This document shows positions 1-8,159 of a DNA stretch of 32,000 bases, one piece after another. Position 1 is the stretch's first letter. The number at the start of each line of letters is the position of its first letter. Origin of the DNA: Arthrobacter sp. NPDC089319 (GTDB lineage: Bacteria; Actinomycetota; Actinomycetes; Actinomycetales; Micrococcaceae). The translations under genes and the position numbers were made by a program. The DNA lies in contig NZ_JBFBGZ010000005.1 in the NCBI RefSeq assembly GCF_040684925.1, positions 5,775 through 37,774 of the forward strand, read 5' to 3'. Under the pieces are notes generated by a model. The model had not been told where the DNA came from. It ran no database searches and worked only from the letters and a program-made list of their open reading frames with translations.

Positions 1-600
1 GGGCTGGAAAGGTTGCGCACGGCCACTGTGCCTGAGGATCCGCCGGAAGTCCTGGCCATGCTGCAGCGCCGAACCCAGGAGCGCAGCTTGGCAGCTTGGG
101 AGCGGCTGGGCCGGCCGGAAACCGAAATCCGCACACCCAGCCACCGCTATGCGCAGCTGCGGGTGGCCATGCTGGACGCCGAACGGGCCAAAGTCCTGGA
201 ACTTCGCGGAACGGGTGCCTACCCTGCCGAGGTAGTGGATGAGGTGCTGGAGCGGTTGGATGTCGAAGAATCGATGCTCGACGCCGCGATCGGCGACTGC
301 GGCACCCGCCACGGGGCATTCTTGGCCGTACCGCAGGAGGTGGCGGCCGGCTGCGGGCACCTCGGCCAGGCACCGGACCGGCCGGTTCCGGTCGACCCGC
401 AGTGCCGCGACTGTCACACCGAAGGAACCACTCCGGTCCACTTGCGCCTGTGCCTGGAATGCGGCAACGTCGGGTGCTGCGATTCTTCCCCGGGCCTGCA
501 CGCGGCCCGGCACCACAGCACCACGGGACACGCAGTCATGCGCAGCGTCGAACCGGGTGAGTCGTGGCGCTGGTGCTATGTGGACGAAGTCCTGGGCTGA
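1..600 (+). CDS. 3' part of a CDS entering from upstream: probable Na+/H+ (CPA1-type) antiporter cytoplasmic tail fused to a UBP-type zinc finger
   Basis: Frame 1 is open from base 1; the ORF-track start at 13 is an internal TTG. The tail YAQLRVAMLDAERAKVLELRGTG...VVDEVLERLDVEESMLD resembles the C-terminal helix of actinobacterial Na+/H+ antiporters. The last ~75 aa, CRDCHTEG..HLRLCLECGNVGCCDSSPGLHAARHHSTTGHAVMRS..WRWCYVDE, carry the Cys/His pattern of zf-UBP. Stop TGA at 598-600. Confidence 0.6.
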   Translation, partial: GLERLRTATVPEDPPEVLAMLQRRTQERSLAAWERLGRPETEIRTPSHRYAQLRVAMLDAERAKVLELRGTGAYPAEVVDEVLERLDVEESMLDAAIGDCGTRHGAFLAVPQEVAAGCGHLGQAPDRPVPVDPQCRDCHTEGTTPVHLRLCLECGNVGCCDSSPGLHAARHHSTTGHAVMRSVEPGESWRWCYVDEVLG

Positions 601-863
601 GGCACGCCCCTAGGTGTTCGCCTAGTAGTAGTCTTCATGCAGCCCGAGACACTCGCCCCGCATACAGGCTCTTGCCGCACGAGGGCGATTCCTCCTTCGG
701 CGTGCCGGCTCGCGCGGGGCTTGAGGATGATCCCGGATGTTGCCCGGCCTGTACGTCCGCGGCGCGCATCCAGAGGCAACCCGGCCCACTGCCTCAAAAG
801 CTCAGCATGGGACCACGCTGCGAGCGGTCACTTCGCGGAACATGAAGGAGCGTCCAGGAAGAT

Positions 864-1937
864 CTAGCGGCCGGATTCCTTGACCAGCAGAGCTCGCTCC
901 CAGAAGCTCGGGCCGACTGGTTCATGGAAGTCGCTCCGGGCGATCAGGTAGCCCTCGCTGTTCACGGTGATCGGCAGTTGCGGCAGCGGTCGGAATGCCG
1001 GGCCAAAAATCACCTTGCATTGCTGCGTCACGTCGAAGGTGGACTGGTGGCAAGGGCAGAGCAGATGGTGGGTATGCTGCTCGTACAGGGCCACCGGGCA
1101 GCCGACGTGCGTGCAGATCTTCGAATAGGCAACGATGCCGTTGTAGGCCCAGTCCTCCCGGCCGGGACTGGGATGCAGATCCGCCGGGTTCAGCCGGACG
1201 AGCAGGACCACTGACTTGGCTTTTTCGACGAGCTTGCCTTCGGACAGTTCATTCAAGCCTTCGGGGATGACATGAAAGATAGCGCCGAAGGTCACGTCCG
1301 AGGCCTTGATCGGCGTGCCCTCGGGGTCCCGTGCCAGGCGCGTCCCCTCCCTCCACAGCGTCTGTCCCAGGACCTTCGGGTCGAGGTTCTTGGACAAGTC
1401 CCGGAAAATGCCGATGGCCGGCAGGATGGCCAGGAGCCCGGCACCGATGAGGGTGTTGCGGATCAACGGCCGGCGCTTGATGCCAGACTCGTCAACGACC
1501 TGGCCGATAATCTGCTCCGCGTCCCGGCGGTCCTCTTCGGTGCGGACCTCGTGGCGCTCCTCGGCCACCTCATGGTCCGGCATCAGGGTCTTCGCCCAGT
1601 GCACGATGCCGACGCCGATGCCGAGCATCGCGAAGGCGATGCCCATGCCGAGCAGCAGGTTCTGCAAGCGCAGCGTGGAAATCGACGTGGATTCACCCAA
1701 CGGGATGGCAAAGTAGCCGACGAAGAACAGCAGGGTACCGATCACGGAAATTACGAAGAGAATTGCAACCTGCCGCTCGGCACGCTTTTCGGCCCCGGGA
1801 TCCTTATCGGCACGGCGCGGGCGGTGGGGAGGTAGTCCAGGATCCTGGAACTTCTCTACTTGGCCCTGGCCAGCGGTAGCAGCCGTAACCGGGGTGTTCG
1901 GGTCGCCGTGACTCTGGTCGCCCATGATCCCTCTCAT
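864..1937 (-). CDS. qcrA: Rieske [2Fe-2S] subunit of cytochrome bc1/bcc type (QcrA-like), not adjacent to qcrC/qcrB
   Basis: C-terminal Rieske boxes CTHVGCP ... CPCHQSTF. The N-terminal half has three hydrophobic helices (VAILFVISVIGTLLFFVGYFAI, LLLGMGIAFAMLGIGVGIVHW, LIGAGLLAILPAIGIF), which is the actinobacterial QcrA architecture. SD-like GGGGAAGG/GAGAGGG lies upstream; alternative ATG at 1925. Confidence 0.85.
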   Translation of the reverse strand: MRGIMGDQSHGDPNTPVTAATAGQGQVEKFQDPGLPPHRPRRADKDPGAEKRAERQVAILFVISVIGTLLFFVGYFAIPLGESTSISTLRLQNLLLGMGIAFAMLGIGVGIVHWAKTLMPDHEVAEERHEVRTEEDRRDAEQIIGQVVDESGIKRRPLIRNTLIGAGLLAILPAIGIFRDLSKNLDPKVLGQTLWREGTRLARDPEGTPIKASDVTFGAIFHVIPEGLNELSEGKLVEKAKSVVLLVRLNPADLHPSPGREDWAYNGIVAYSKICTHVGCPVALYEQHTHHLLCPCHQSTFDVTQQCKVIFGPAFRPLPQLPITVNSEGYLIARSDFHEPVGPSFWERALLVKESGR

Positions 1938-1952
1938 CCTTCCCCATAAACG

Positions 1953-1981
1953 ACATTAAGAGTGCGTCTGCGTTATTTCAA
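1953..1981 (-). promoter_or_regulatory. putative sigma-70-like promoter for the qcrA-like gene
   Basis: On the minus strand TTGAAA (1981-1976), a 17-nt spacer, then TAATGT (1958-1953), in a locally AT-rich patch about 16-28 nt upstream of the candidate start codons. Confidence 0.35.
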
Positions 1982-2021
1982 CGGTTTGGGAGTCCGCGAC
2001 CAGGGAGGACGCGGCAGCGCT

Positions 2022-2044
2022 CTGCTCGGTGGTCCGCCGAGCAG
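2022..2044 (-). terminator. hairpin just downstream of zwf stop (possible terminator, no U-tract)
   Basis: CTGCTCGG (2022-2029) and CCGAGCAG (2037-2044) form a perfect 8-bp stem with a 7-nt loop, starting 10 nt beyond the zwf stop codon (2054-2056). Confidence 0.3.
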
Positions 2045-2053
2045 CGTTGGGAC

Positions 2054-3499
2054 TCATGACGCTAGCCAGGGCCGGTGCCAACCGGCGTAGTCGGCGGTCA
2101 GTGCGTCTGCAACTGCCGGGCCCCAAGACCCGGGCGTGTAACTGTGCACCGGTGGCGGCGCATCCAGGAGTGGCTGCATGATCCGCCACGTCTCCTCGAC
2201 CCCGTCCTGGCGGGTGAACCGCGTACTCTTTCCGACCATTGCCGCATGGAGCAACACCTCATACGGAGTCGGCCCCTCGCCCCCTTCATCGGCGAACTCC
2301 ATGTCGAGATCGATGGCGCCGGGACCGACCGTGTCCGCACGCAGAGCCTCAACCTTGAGCCTGGCGCCGGTCGACGGATCAAGCCTGATGACGATCTGGT
2401 TGGGCTCTGGCCGGCGATCGGAGCCGAAGTTGAAGCCAAGCCGGGGCGGCTGCTTGAACACCAGCCGAAGCTCGGTCTGAGTGACCGGAAGCATCTTGCC
2501 GGTCCGGATGAAGAACGGCACCCCCGACCAGCGCCAATTGTCGATGTCGAGCCGCAACGCGGCGTACGTCTCCGTCGTCGACTCCGGGGCCACGCCGTTG
2601 ATGCTCTGGTAACCCTCGTACTGGCCGCGGACGTAGTGGACAGGATCGGCCTCCGAGACCGCGCGGAAGAGAGCGACCTGCGAGTCCTTGAGCGTCTGCG
2701 GATCACCCCCGGACGGTGGCTCCATTGCAGCCGCGGACACTACCTGCATGAGGTGGTTGACCACCACGTCGCGCAGCGCACCGACGGGATCGTAGAAGTG
2801 GCCGCGGTCCTCGACGCCGAAGTCCTCGGCCATCGTAATCTGCACGCATTCGACGTAGTTTCGGTTCCAGATCGGTTCAAGCATCGTGTTGGCGAACCGC
2901 AGATAGATGATCTCCTCCAGGCCCATCTTCCCCAGGTAGTGGTCGATCCGGTACAACTGCGACTCGTCGAGGAACTGGTGCAACTCTTCGGCCAGGGCGC
3001 GAGCCGAGGCTCGGTCCCTCCCGAACGGCTTTTCCACCACTACCCGCGCCGTCGCGGTCAGCCCGGCCCCGGCTAAGCCCTTGACGACTGTGCCGAACAG
3101 GAAGGGCGGTATTTCGAGGTAGAACACAGGACTGTCGGCACCCTTAATCGACTCGGCGACCCGGCCATAGGTCGCTGCGTCGCCGAAATCGCCCTGCACA
3201 TAGGACAGCCGGGCTGCGAAGCGGCCGAAGACGGCGGCATCGATCACCTCCCCAGTGCCCTCGATGGACACCCTGGCCCGTTCCACCAACTGGTCAACCG
3301 TCCAATCATCGACGGCCACCCCGACGATCGGACACTGCAACAGACCCCGCTGCTCCAGCCGGTACAACGATCTGAACGTCATCACCTTGGCCAGGTCTCC
3401 GGTGATCCCGAAGACCACGAACGCATCGGCGGAACATTGACCTGCGCCAGCCGGCTGGCCGCGACCGGCCGCGTTTGGGCTATCCGTCCTCGCTGTCAT
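2054..3499 (-). CDS. zwf: glucose-6-phosphate dehydrogenase (NADP-type)
   Basis: 481 aa. N-terminal dinucleotide motif [16 protein letters not shown], active-site motif RIDHYLGK, and overall G6PD-like sequence. SD GAGGAG lies 5-6 nt upstream of ATG 3499. Confidence 0.92.
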   Translation of the reverse strand: MTARTDSPNAAGRGQPAGAGQCSADAFVVFGITGDLAKVMTFRSLYRLEQRGLLQCPIVGVAVDDWTVDQLVERARVSIEGTGEVIDAAVFGRFAARLSYVQGDFGDAATYGRVAESIKGADSPVFYLEIPPFLFGTVVKGLAGAGLTATARVVVEKPFGRDRASARALAEELHQFLDESQLYRIDHYLGKMGLEEIIYLRFANTMLEPIWNRNYVECVQITMAEDFGVEDRGHFYDPVGALRDVVVNHLMQVVSAAAMEPPSGGDPQTLKDSQVALFRAVSEADPVHYVRGQYEGYQSINGVAPESTTETYAALRLDIDNWRWSGVPFFIRTGKMLPVTQTELRLVFKQPPRLGFNFGSDRRPEPNQIVIRLDPSTGARLKVEALRADTVGPGAIDLDMEFADEGGEGPTPYEVLLHAAMVGKSTRFTRQDGVEETWRIMQPLLDAPPPVHSYTPGSWGPAVADALTADYAGWHRPWLAS

Positions 3500-3719
3500 G
3501 GCATCTCCTCGACGTGATCGGGCTTCAACCGGCTAAAGGAACCTGCCGGTGGCCTCCGTGCCGGAATTGACGCAGGCCGGCTCCTATCAGAGCCAACCAC
3601 CGCCTTCCTGTCCCCGTCATCACCCATTTTGGGTGATGACGCCGTCCGGCCCGGGGGACAGGATCAGTGCCTAGAGGCAGCATCGGTAGATCCGATTACC
3701 CGCTCCAGGAGGCTTCGGC

Positions 3720-4289
3720 GTGACAGACAACCAGCACTATGACGTTGTCATCATCGGGACCGGAGCCGGGGGCGGGACGCTCGGCCACCGGCTTGCTACG
3801 AACGGGGCGAAGGTGCTCTGGCTGGAGCGAGGTCCGTTCCTGCCGCGCGAGCGCGACAACTGGCAGACCGAGGAGGTGTTCGTCCGCGGAAAGTACCTTG
3901 CGAAAGAGCTGTGGTACGACCGGCACGGCCGCGAGTTCCAGCCCGAGGTCAACTATTACGTCGGCGGCAACACCAAGTTCTATGGCGCCGCACTGTTCCG
4001 CCTCCGTCCGGAGGACTTTGGCGAGCTGCGCCACCATGGCGGAATCTCACCGGCCTGGCCGATCTCCTACGACGACTTGGAGCCCTACTACACTCAAGCC
4101 GAACATCTCTACCTGGTGCACGGTCAGCACGGCGAGGACCCGAGCGAAGGTCATGCCAGCGCGCACCTGGACAACCTGTACGTCGTCGACACCAGCTTCT
4201 TCCCCAGCATCGGCGCCGTGAACCCGTCCCTGACCGTGATCGCCAATGCCCTGCGGGTGGGAGATCACCTCGCCGAACGCCTTGGCTAG
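3720..4289 (+). pseudogene. GMC-family FAD oxidoreductase remnant: N-terminal FAD-binding segment fused in frame to the extreme C-terminal segment (internal deletion)
   Basis: GTG start with SD CCAGGAGG. Residues 1-~145 are YDVVIIGTGAGGGTLGHRLA..VLWLERG...YVGGNTKFYGAALFRLRPEDF...YYTQAEHLYLVHGQHGEDPSEG. Residues ~147-189, HLDNLYVVDTSFFPSIGAVNPSLTVIANALRVGDHLAERLG, are the conserved GMC C-terminus. The product is only 189 aa, whereas family members are typically >500 aa. Confidence 0.7.
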
Positions 4290-4337
4290 TCCCCGGGTCG
4301 CCATGGCAGCCGTCAATCTAGCCGGAAGGGGTGCGAC

Positions 4338-5744
4338 ATGGCGTTCGCGGACGTCCTGATCCCCATGATGGAGGTGAACCCGGTTCCGTGGGCTCGAGCA
4401 CAGATGGCGTTCACGCTGGCCTTCCACATCGTCTTGGTGCCACTGGGCGTGTCCTGGTCAGTGATGGCGCTGATCGCCAACTATCGAGGCATCAGGCGGG
4501 CCGATGCTGACGCCATCCGGCTCGCGCAGCGCTGGTCGAAGTACATGGCGGTCACCTTCGCAGTCGGCGCCGTCACCGGAACTGTTCTTTCCTTCGAGTT
4601 CGGCCTGCTGTGGCCCCAGTTCATGGGTCAATGGGGCGAGGCGTTCGGCGTGCCCTTCGCGTTTGAGGGTCTCTTCTTCTTTCTTGAGGCTGTTTTCATC
4701 TCGATCTACATCTTCGGCTGGCGGCGGCTCAAGCCCTGGACACACTTCTGGACAGGGGCCCCGATCGCCGTCGCAGGCATCTTCGGCAGTGTTTCAGTGG
4801 TGGCCGCCAACGCGTGGATGAACTCCCCGGAAGGGGTCACTCTGGACACGGCCGGGAACGTCGTGGCGGTAGACCCGCTCGGGGTCATCTTCAACCGGGC
4901 GATGCCGCTGATGGCGGCGCACATGGTGATTGCCGCCTACCTGGTCGGCGGCTTCCTGGTGGCCATGGTCTACGCGACGGCGATGCTGCGCGGGCGGCGG
5001 GACCACTACCACAGGCTTGGCTTTCTAATCGCCTTCACTGTGGCCGCCAGCGCGGTCCCGGTGCAGATGGGGGTCGGTGACGGTCTAGCTCGCTGGGTCT
5101 ATAACAACCAGCCCGTCAAGTTCGCCGCCATCGAGATGGTGCCGACGACCGGCAGCGACGTGCCCGAGACGCTGCTCGGCCATCTCAACTCAGAGGGAGA
5201 AGTGGTGGGCGGCGTCCCCATCCCCGGGCTCGCCTCGTGGTTGTCGGACCCCAGTACCGGCCGGGCGACCGTGGTGCAGGGACTCGACACAGTACCCGCC
5301 GACGAGCGACCGACGAACCGCCAGGTGAACGTCGTCCATCTCGCTTGGGACATCATGGTCGGCGTCGGCACTGCCCTGTTCCTGCTGACGCTGTGGTACT
5401 GGGCATCGTGGATCTTCCGACGAGACATGCCCCGCAGCAAGTGGTTCCTGCGCTGCGCCGTCGCCGCCGGACCCCTCGCCGTCCTGACGTTGGAGGCGGG
5501 CTGGACCGTGAGCGAGGTCGGCCGTCAGCCATGGATCGTCTACAACAAGATGCGGGTCGAGGACGCCGCGACCACCAACACCGGAGTGTGGATCACCTTC
5601 ATCGCGGTCACGCTCCTCTATATAGGGCTGGGCATCACCACAATCCTCGTCCTGCGCGGGATGAGTCGGCGCTACCGGGAGGCACGACAATTCGAGGAGA
5701 CAGACTCCCCATACGGCCCGCGCAAGCCGGTGGAAGAGACCTAG
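4338..5744 (+). CDS. cydA: cytochrome bd ubiquinol/menaquinol oxidase subunit I
   Basis: 468-aa polytopic membrane protein. N-terminus ...ARAQMAFTLAFHIVLVPLGV, conserved GRQPWIVY motif near the C-terminus, SD GGAAGGGG upstream, immediately followed by cydB. Confidence 0.9.
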   Translation: MAFADVLIPMMEVNPVPWARAQMAFTLAFHIVLVPLGVSWSVMALIANYRGIRRADADAIRLAQRWSKYMAVTFAVGAVTGTVLSFEFGLLWPQFMGQWGEAFGVPFAFEGLFFFLEAVFISIYIFGWRRLKPWTHFWTGAPIAVAGIFGSVSVVAANAWMNSPEGVTLDTAGNVVAVDPLGVIFNRAMPLMAAHMVIAAYLVGGFLVAMVYATAMLRGRRDHYHRLGFLIAFTVAASAVPVQMGVGDGLARWVYNNQPVKFAAIEMVPTTGSDVPETLLGHLNSEGEVVGGVPIPGLASWLSDPSTGRATVVQGLDTVPADERPTNRQVNVVHLAWDIMVGVGTALFLLTLWYWASWIFRRDMPRSKWFLRCAVAAGPLAVLTLEAGWTVSEVGRQPWIVYNKMRVEDAATTNTGVWITFIAVTLLYIGLGITTILVLRGMSRRYREARQFEETDSPYGPRKPVEET

Positions 5745-5752
5745 GGGTCCCC

Positions 5753-6796
5753 ATGGTTACCGCCGCAGCCCTGCTCTTGTTCGCTGCCATCACCATCTAC
5801 GCGATTTTCGGCGGCGCTGACTTCGGTGCCGGCTTCTGGGACCTGACCGCCGGTGGCGCGCAGCGTGGGCAGCGGCCGCGCGAGGTGATCGATCACTCGA
5901 TCGGGCCCGTGTGGGAAGCAAACCACGTGTGGCTGATTTTCATCTTCGTGGTGCTCTGGACGTGTTTCCCCGAGGCCTACGCGTCGATCACCTTGACCAT
6001 GTTCGTGCCCCTCACCCTGGCGGCCCTCGGCATCGTCCTGCGCGGCGCCAGCTTCGCCTTCGGGAAGGCGGTGTTTCGGCAGCGAGCCCGCCGCAGCTTC
6101 GGCGCCATCTTCGCCGTCTCCTCGGTGCTGGTGCCCTACTGCTTCGGCGCGATCGCCGGAGGCATCGCATCCGGCCAGGTCCCGGCCGGCGGCCGGGCAG
6201 GCGATCCGCTGCACAGCTGGGTCAACCCGACATCGGTCGTCATGGGTCTGCTGGCCGTATTCGTGACGGCCTACGTCGCCGCGGTACTGCTCACCTGGGA
6301 TGCCCATCGTCTCTCCGACGAGGCCATGGTCGGCTACTTCCGCGTCCGCGCCGTGGCGGCTGGGGCTGTGGCCGGAGCCGTCGCGCTGGTCGGGCTCTTT
6401 GTTGTGCGCAGCGAAGCCAGCTACGTCTTCGAGGGACTCACCTCACGCGCCCTGCCGCTGGTGATCATCTCGGCGGTCGCCGGCCTCGGCGCGCTTTTCC
6501 TGCTCCGAGGCCGACCCCACCGCGGAGGGCGGCTGGCTGCGGTCGCCGCGGCCGGCGCCCTCGTGCTGGCCTGGGGGGTCGCGCAGTGGAACTACCTGCT
6601 GCCCGAAACCCTCACGGTCTCGGCGGCCGCAGCGCCGTCAGGCACGATCACGGCCGTGTTGGTCGCGGCCGGTCTCGCTGTGCTGTTGATCGTCCCGGCC
6701 TTCATCTTGTTGTACGTGCTCGACCAGCGCGGACTGCTGCCCGAAGAAGGCGACGACGACGAGCCCAACCGGGGCCCCGGGGTGGTCAGCACCTGA
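5753..6796 (+). CDS. cydB: cytochrome bd oxidase subunit II
   Basis: ATG at 5753 lies 9 nt after the cydA stop. MVTAAALLLFAAITIYAIFGGADFGAGFWDL is typical of a CydB N-terminus; 347 aa, about 8-9 TM helices. The ORF-track start at 5237 overlaps cydA out of frame and is rejected. Confidence 0.9.
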   Translation: MVTAAALLLFAAITIYAIFGGADFGAGFWDLTAGGAQRGQRPREVIDHSIGPVWEANHVWLIFIFVVLWTCFPEAYASITLTMFVPLTLAALGIVLRGASFAFGKAVFRQRARRSFGAIFAVSSVLVPYCFGAIAGGIASGQVPAGGRAGDPLHSWVNPTSVVMGLLAVFVTAYVAAVLLTWDAHRLSDEAMVGYFRVRAVAAGAVAGAVALVGLFVVRSEASYVFEGLTSRALPLVIISAVAGLGALFLLRGRPHRGGRLAAVAAAGALVLAWGVAQWNYLLPETLTVSAAAAPSGTITAVLVAAGLAVLLIVPAFILLYVLDQRGLLPEEGDDDEPNRGPGVVST

Positions 6797-7025
6797 CTTC
6801 ACTGATGACGGGGCAAGCAAGCGAGCCGTGGACCGGGCACGCGCACACTCTTAGCCACCCCTAAACAAGGCTGACGATGACAGGTCACCCTGGTCGATCT
6901 GGACGGTCTTTTGACTGCCTATCGAAAATAACGCGGCTGTGGTAATTGCTGCATGGGTTAGGAGTCCTCACGCGATTGCCTCCCGATTCGGCTCCTAATA
7001 CCGCCTTTCGAAAGCAGAGGCGACG

Positions 7026-7298
7026 ATGGCAACCCTATTGATCTTTCACGAGGTCGACGACGTTGACCACTGGCTCAGCTCGCGGCGGCGTCAAGAACTC
7101 TTCGGTCCGCTGGGCATGACTGTTCGGACCTTTGTAGACCAGGAGAAAACCAACCGCGTCGGGCTGATCGTCGAAGTCCCGGACACGGCCACGTTCCAGC
7201 GGATGATGGAGTCCGAAGCCGCGGCCGATGCCATGAAATTCGACGGCGTACGCCCCGACACGATCCTGGTTCTGGTCGAACCCGAGCGCAACCGCTGA
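7026..7298 (+). CDS. small hypothetical protein (90 aa), probable ferredoxin-like alpha/beta fold
   Basis: ORF with good third-position GC, SD-like AGCAGAGG upstream, and no recognisable motif. Distantly similar to the 8160-8465 product. Confidence 0.5.
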   Translation: MATLLIFHEVDDVDHWLSSRRRQELFGPLGMTVRTFVDQEKTNRVGLIVEVPDTATFQRMMESEAAADAMKFDGVRPDTILVLVEPERNR

Positions 7299-7380
7299 GC
7301 ACCGGACGTGATGCCGGCTGGTCGTCACCTTTGAATATGCACTGAGCCGGCAGATTCTGGCCTTGCAGTAAAAAAGGGGC

Positions 7381-7410
7381 CCCACCGGCGAGAATCCGCG
7401 CAGCGGTGGG
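7381..7410 (-). terminator. hairpin followed (minus strand) by GCCCC-TTTTTT; candidate terminator about 160-200 nt downstream of arfB
   Basis: CCCACCG (7381-7387) pairs with CGGTGGG (7404-7410), with inner GCG/CGC pairs. On the minus strand the stem is followed by GCCCC and then six T (7375-7370). The 5-nt gap between stem and T-run weakens the call. Confidence 0.35.
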
Positions 7411-7571
7411 ATCCGGCAGTGGCAAAGCGTGTGTGGAAGCATCGGGCGGGATGACGAGGGCCTCTCGAAGCCTCAGCTTTTGACGCGGTGTACCGAGTGG
7501 ACAGCGGCTGGACCGCCCACTGAACGAGCGGGCGGCAGTCTGAGAGCCCGGCCATCGCGCTAGCAGTCAGG

Positions 7572-8084
7572 TCATTCGGGGTTGGGGCGTCGTCGGTTGC
7601 GTTTGGTTTCGGAGCGCAACCGTTTTCCTTCGAGCCGACGACGCCGCGAGCCACTCGTCGGCCGGCTAGGCCGCCGAACGACAGCTGGAGCCACTGCGTC
7701 TCTCAGGGCGGCGGCGAGGCGTTGCCTGGCCGCAGTCCTGTTTAGCCGCTGGGAGCGGTGCTCGGAAGCGCTGATGGTGAGCACCGTGCCCGAAATCCTC
7801 GCCGAGAGCCGCTCGAGGGCGCGTTCGCGCTGGACCTCGCTCAGCGCGGTTGTCGTGCCGAGATCGAGACTGAGTTGTACACGTGAGTCGGCGGTGTTGA
7901 CGCTCTGTCCGCCCGGTCCGGAGGCTCGGGAGAACTGCTCGAGCAGTTCTCCCGCCGGGACCCGTAGGCCGCGGGGCGCGCCGGGTCCCGGGGGCACATG
8001 CAGGTCGTCCACAGGATCATTGTCCCGCAGCACCGAAGCGGTTGCCTCGATCAGGGCCTGCTGGAAGCAGCACCGGATCAACAC
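7572..8084 (-). CDS. arfB: alternative ribosome-rescue factor / peptidyl-tRNA hydrolase ArfB (RF-1 domain protein)
   Basis: GGQ motif in SRASGPGGQSVNT and a strongly basic C-terminal tail RRPSRPTSGSRRRRLEGKRLRSETKRNRRRPNPE. The 8084 start is a GTG. A second GTG at 8033 would give a length closer to the typical ~140 aa. Confidence 0.8.
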   Translation of the reverse strand: MLIRCCFQQALIEATASVLRDNDPVDDLHVPPGPGAPRGLRVPAGELLEQFSRASGPGGQSVNTADSRVQLSLDLGTTTALSEVQRERALERLSARISGTVLTISASEHRSQRLNRTAARQRLAAALRDAVAPAVVRRPSRPTSGSRRRRLEGKRLRSETKRNRRRPNPE

Positions 8085-8159
8085 CAGCCTTGAGCCCTAC
8101 CCGGAGGATACTCGTTGGCCTAACGTTGTCCTTACCCAAGCGGAGGGAAAGGAACGAGG

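Noticed and set aside
637-867. 76-aa plus-strand ORF (and 73-aa minus-strand ORF 576-797) in the convergent gap before the qcrA-like gene
   Set aside because: Third-position GC is weaker than in neighbouring genes, there is no SD and no motif, and it overlaps the qcrA-like stop.
5237-5752. N-terminal 172-codon extension of the cydB ORF
   Set aside because: It overlaps cydA in another frame and is Arg/Pro-rich. A canonical CydB N-terminus starts at ATG 5753, right after the cydA stop.
7325-7654. 109-aa minus-strand ORF spanning the arfB 3' region
   Set aside because: It overlaps the arfB C-terminus out of frame, and its composition is not protein-like. The region is better explained as UTR or sRNA.
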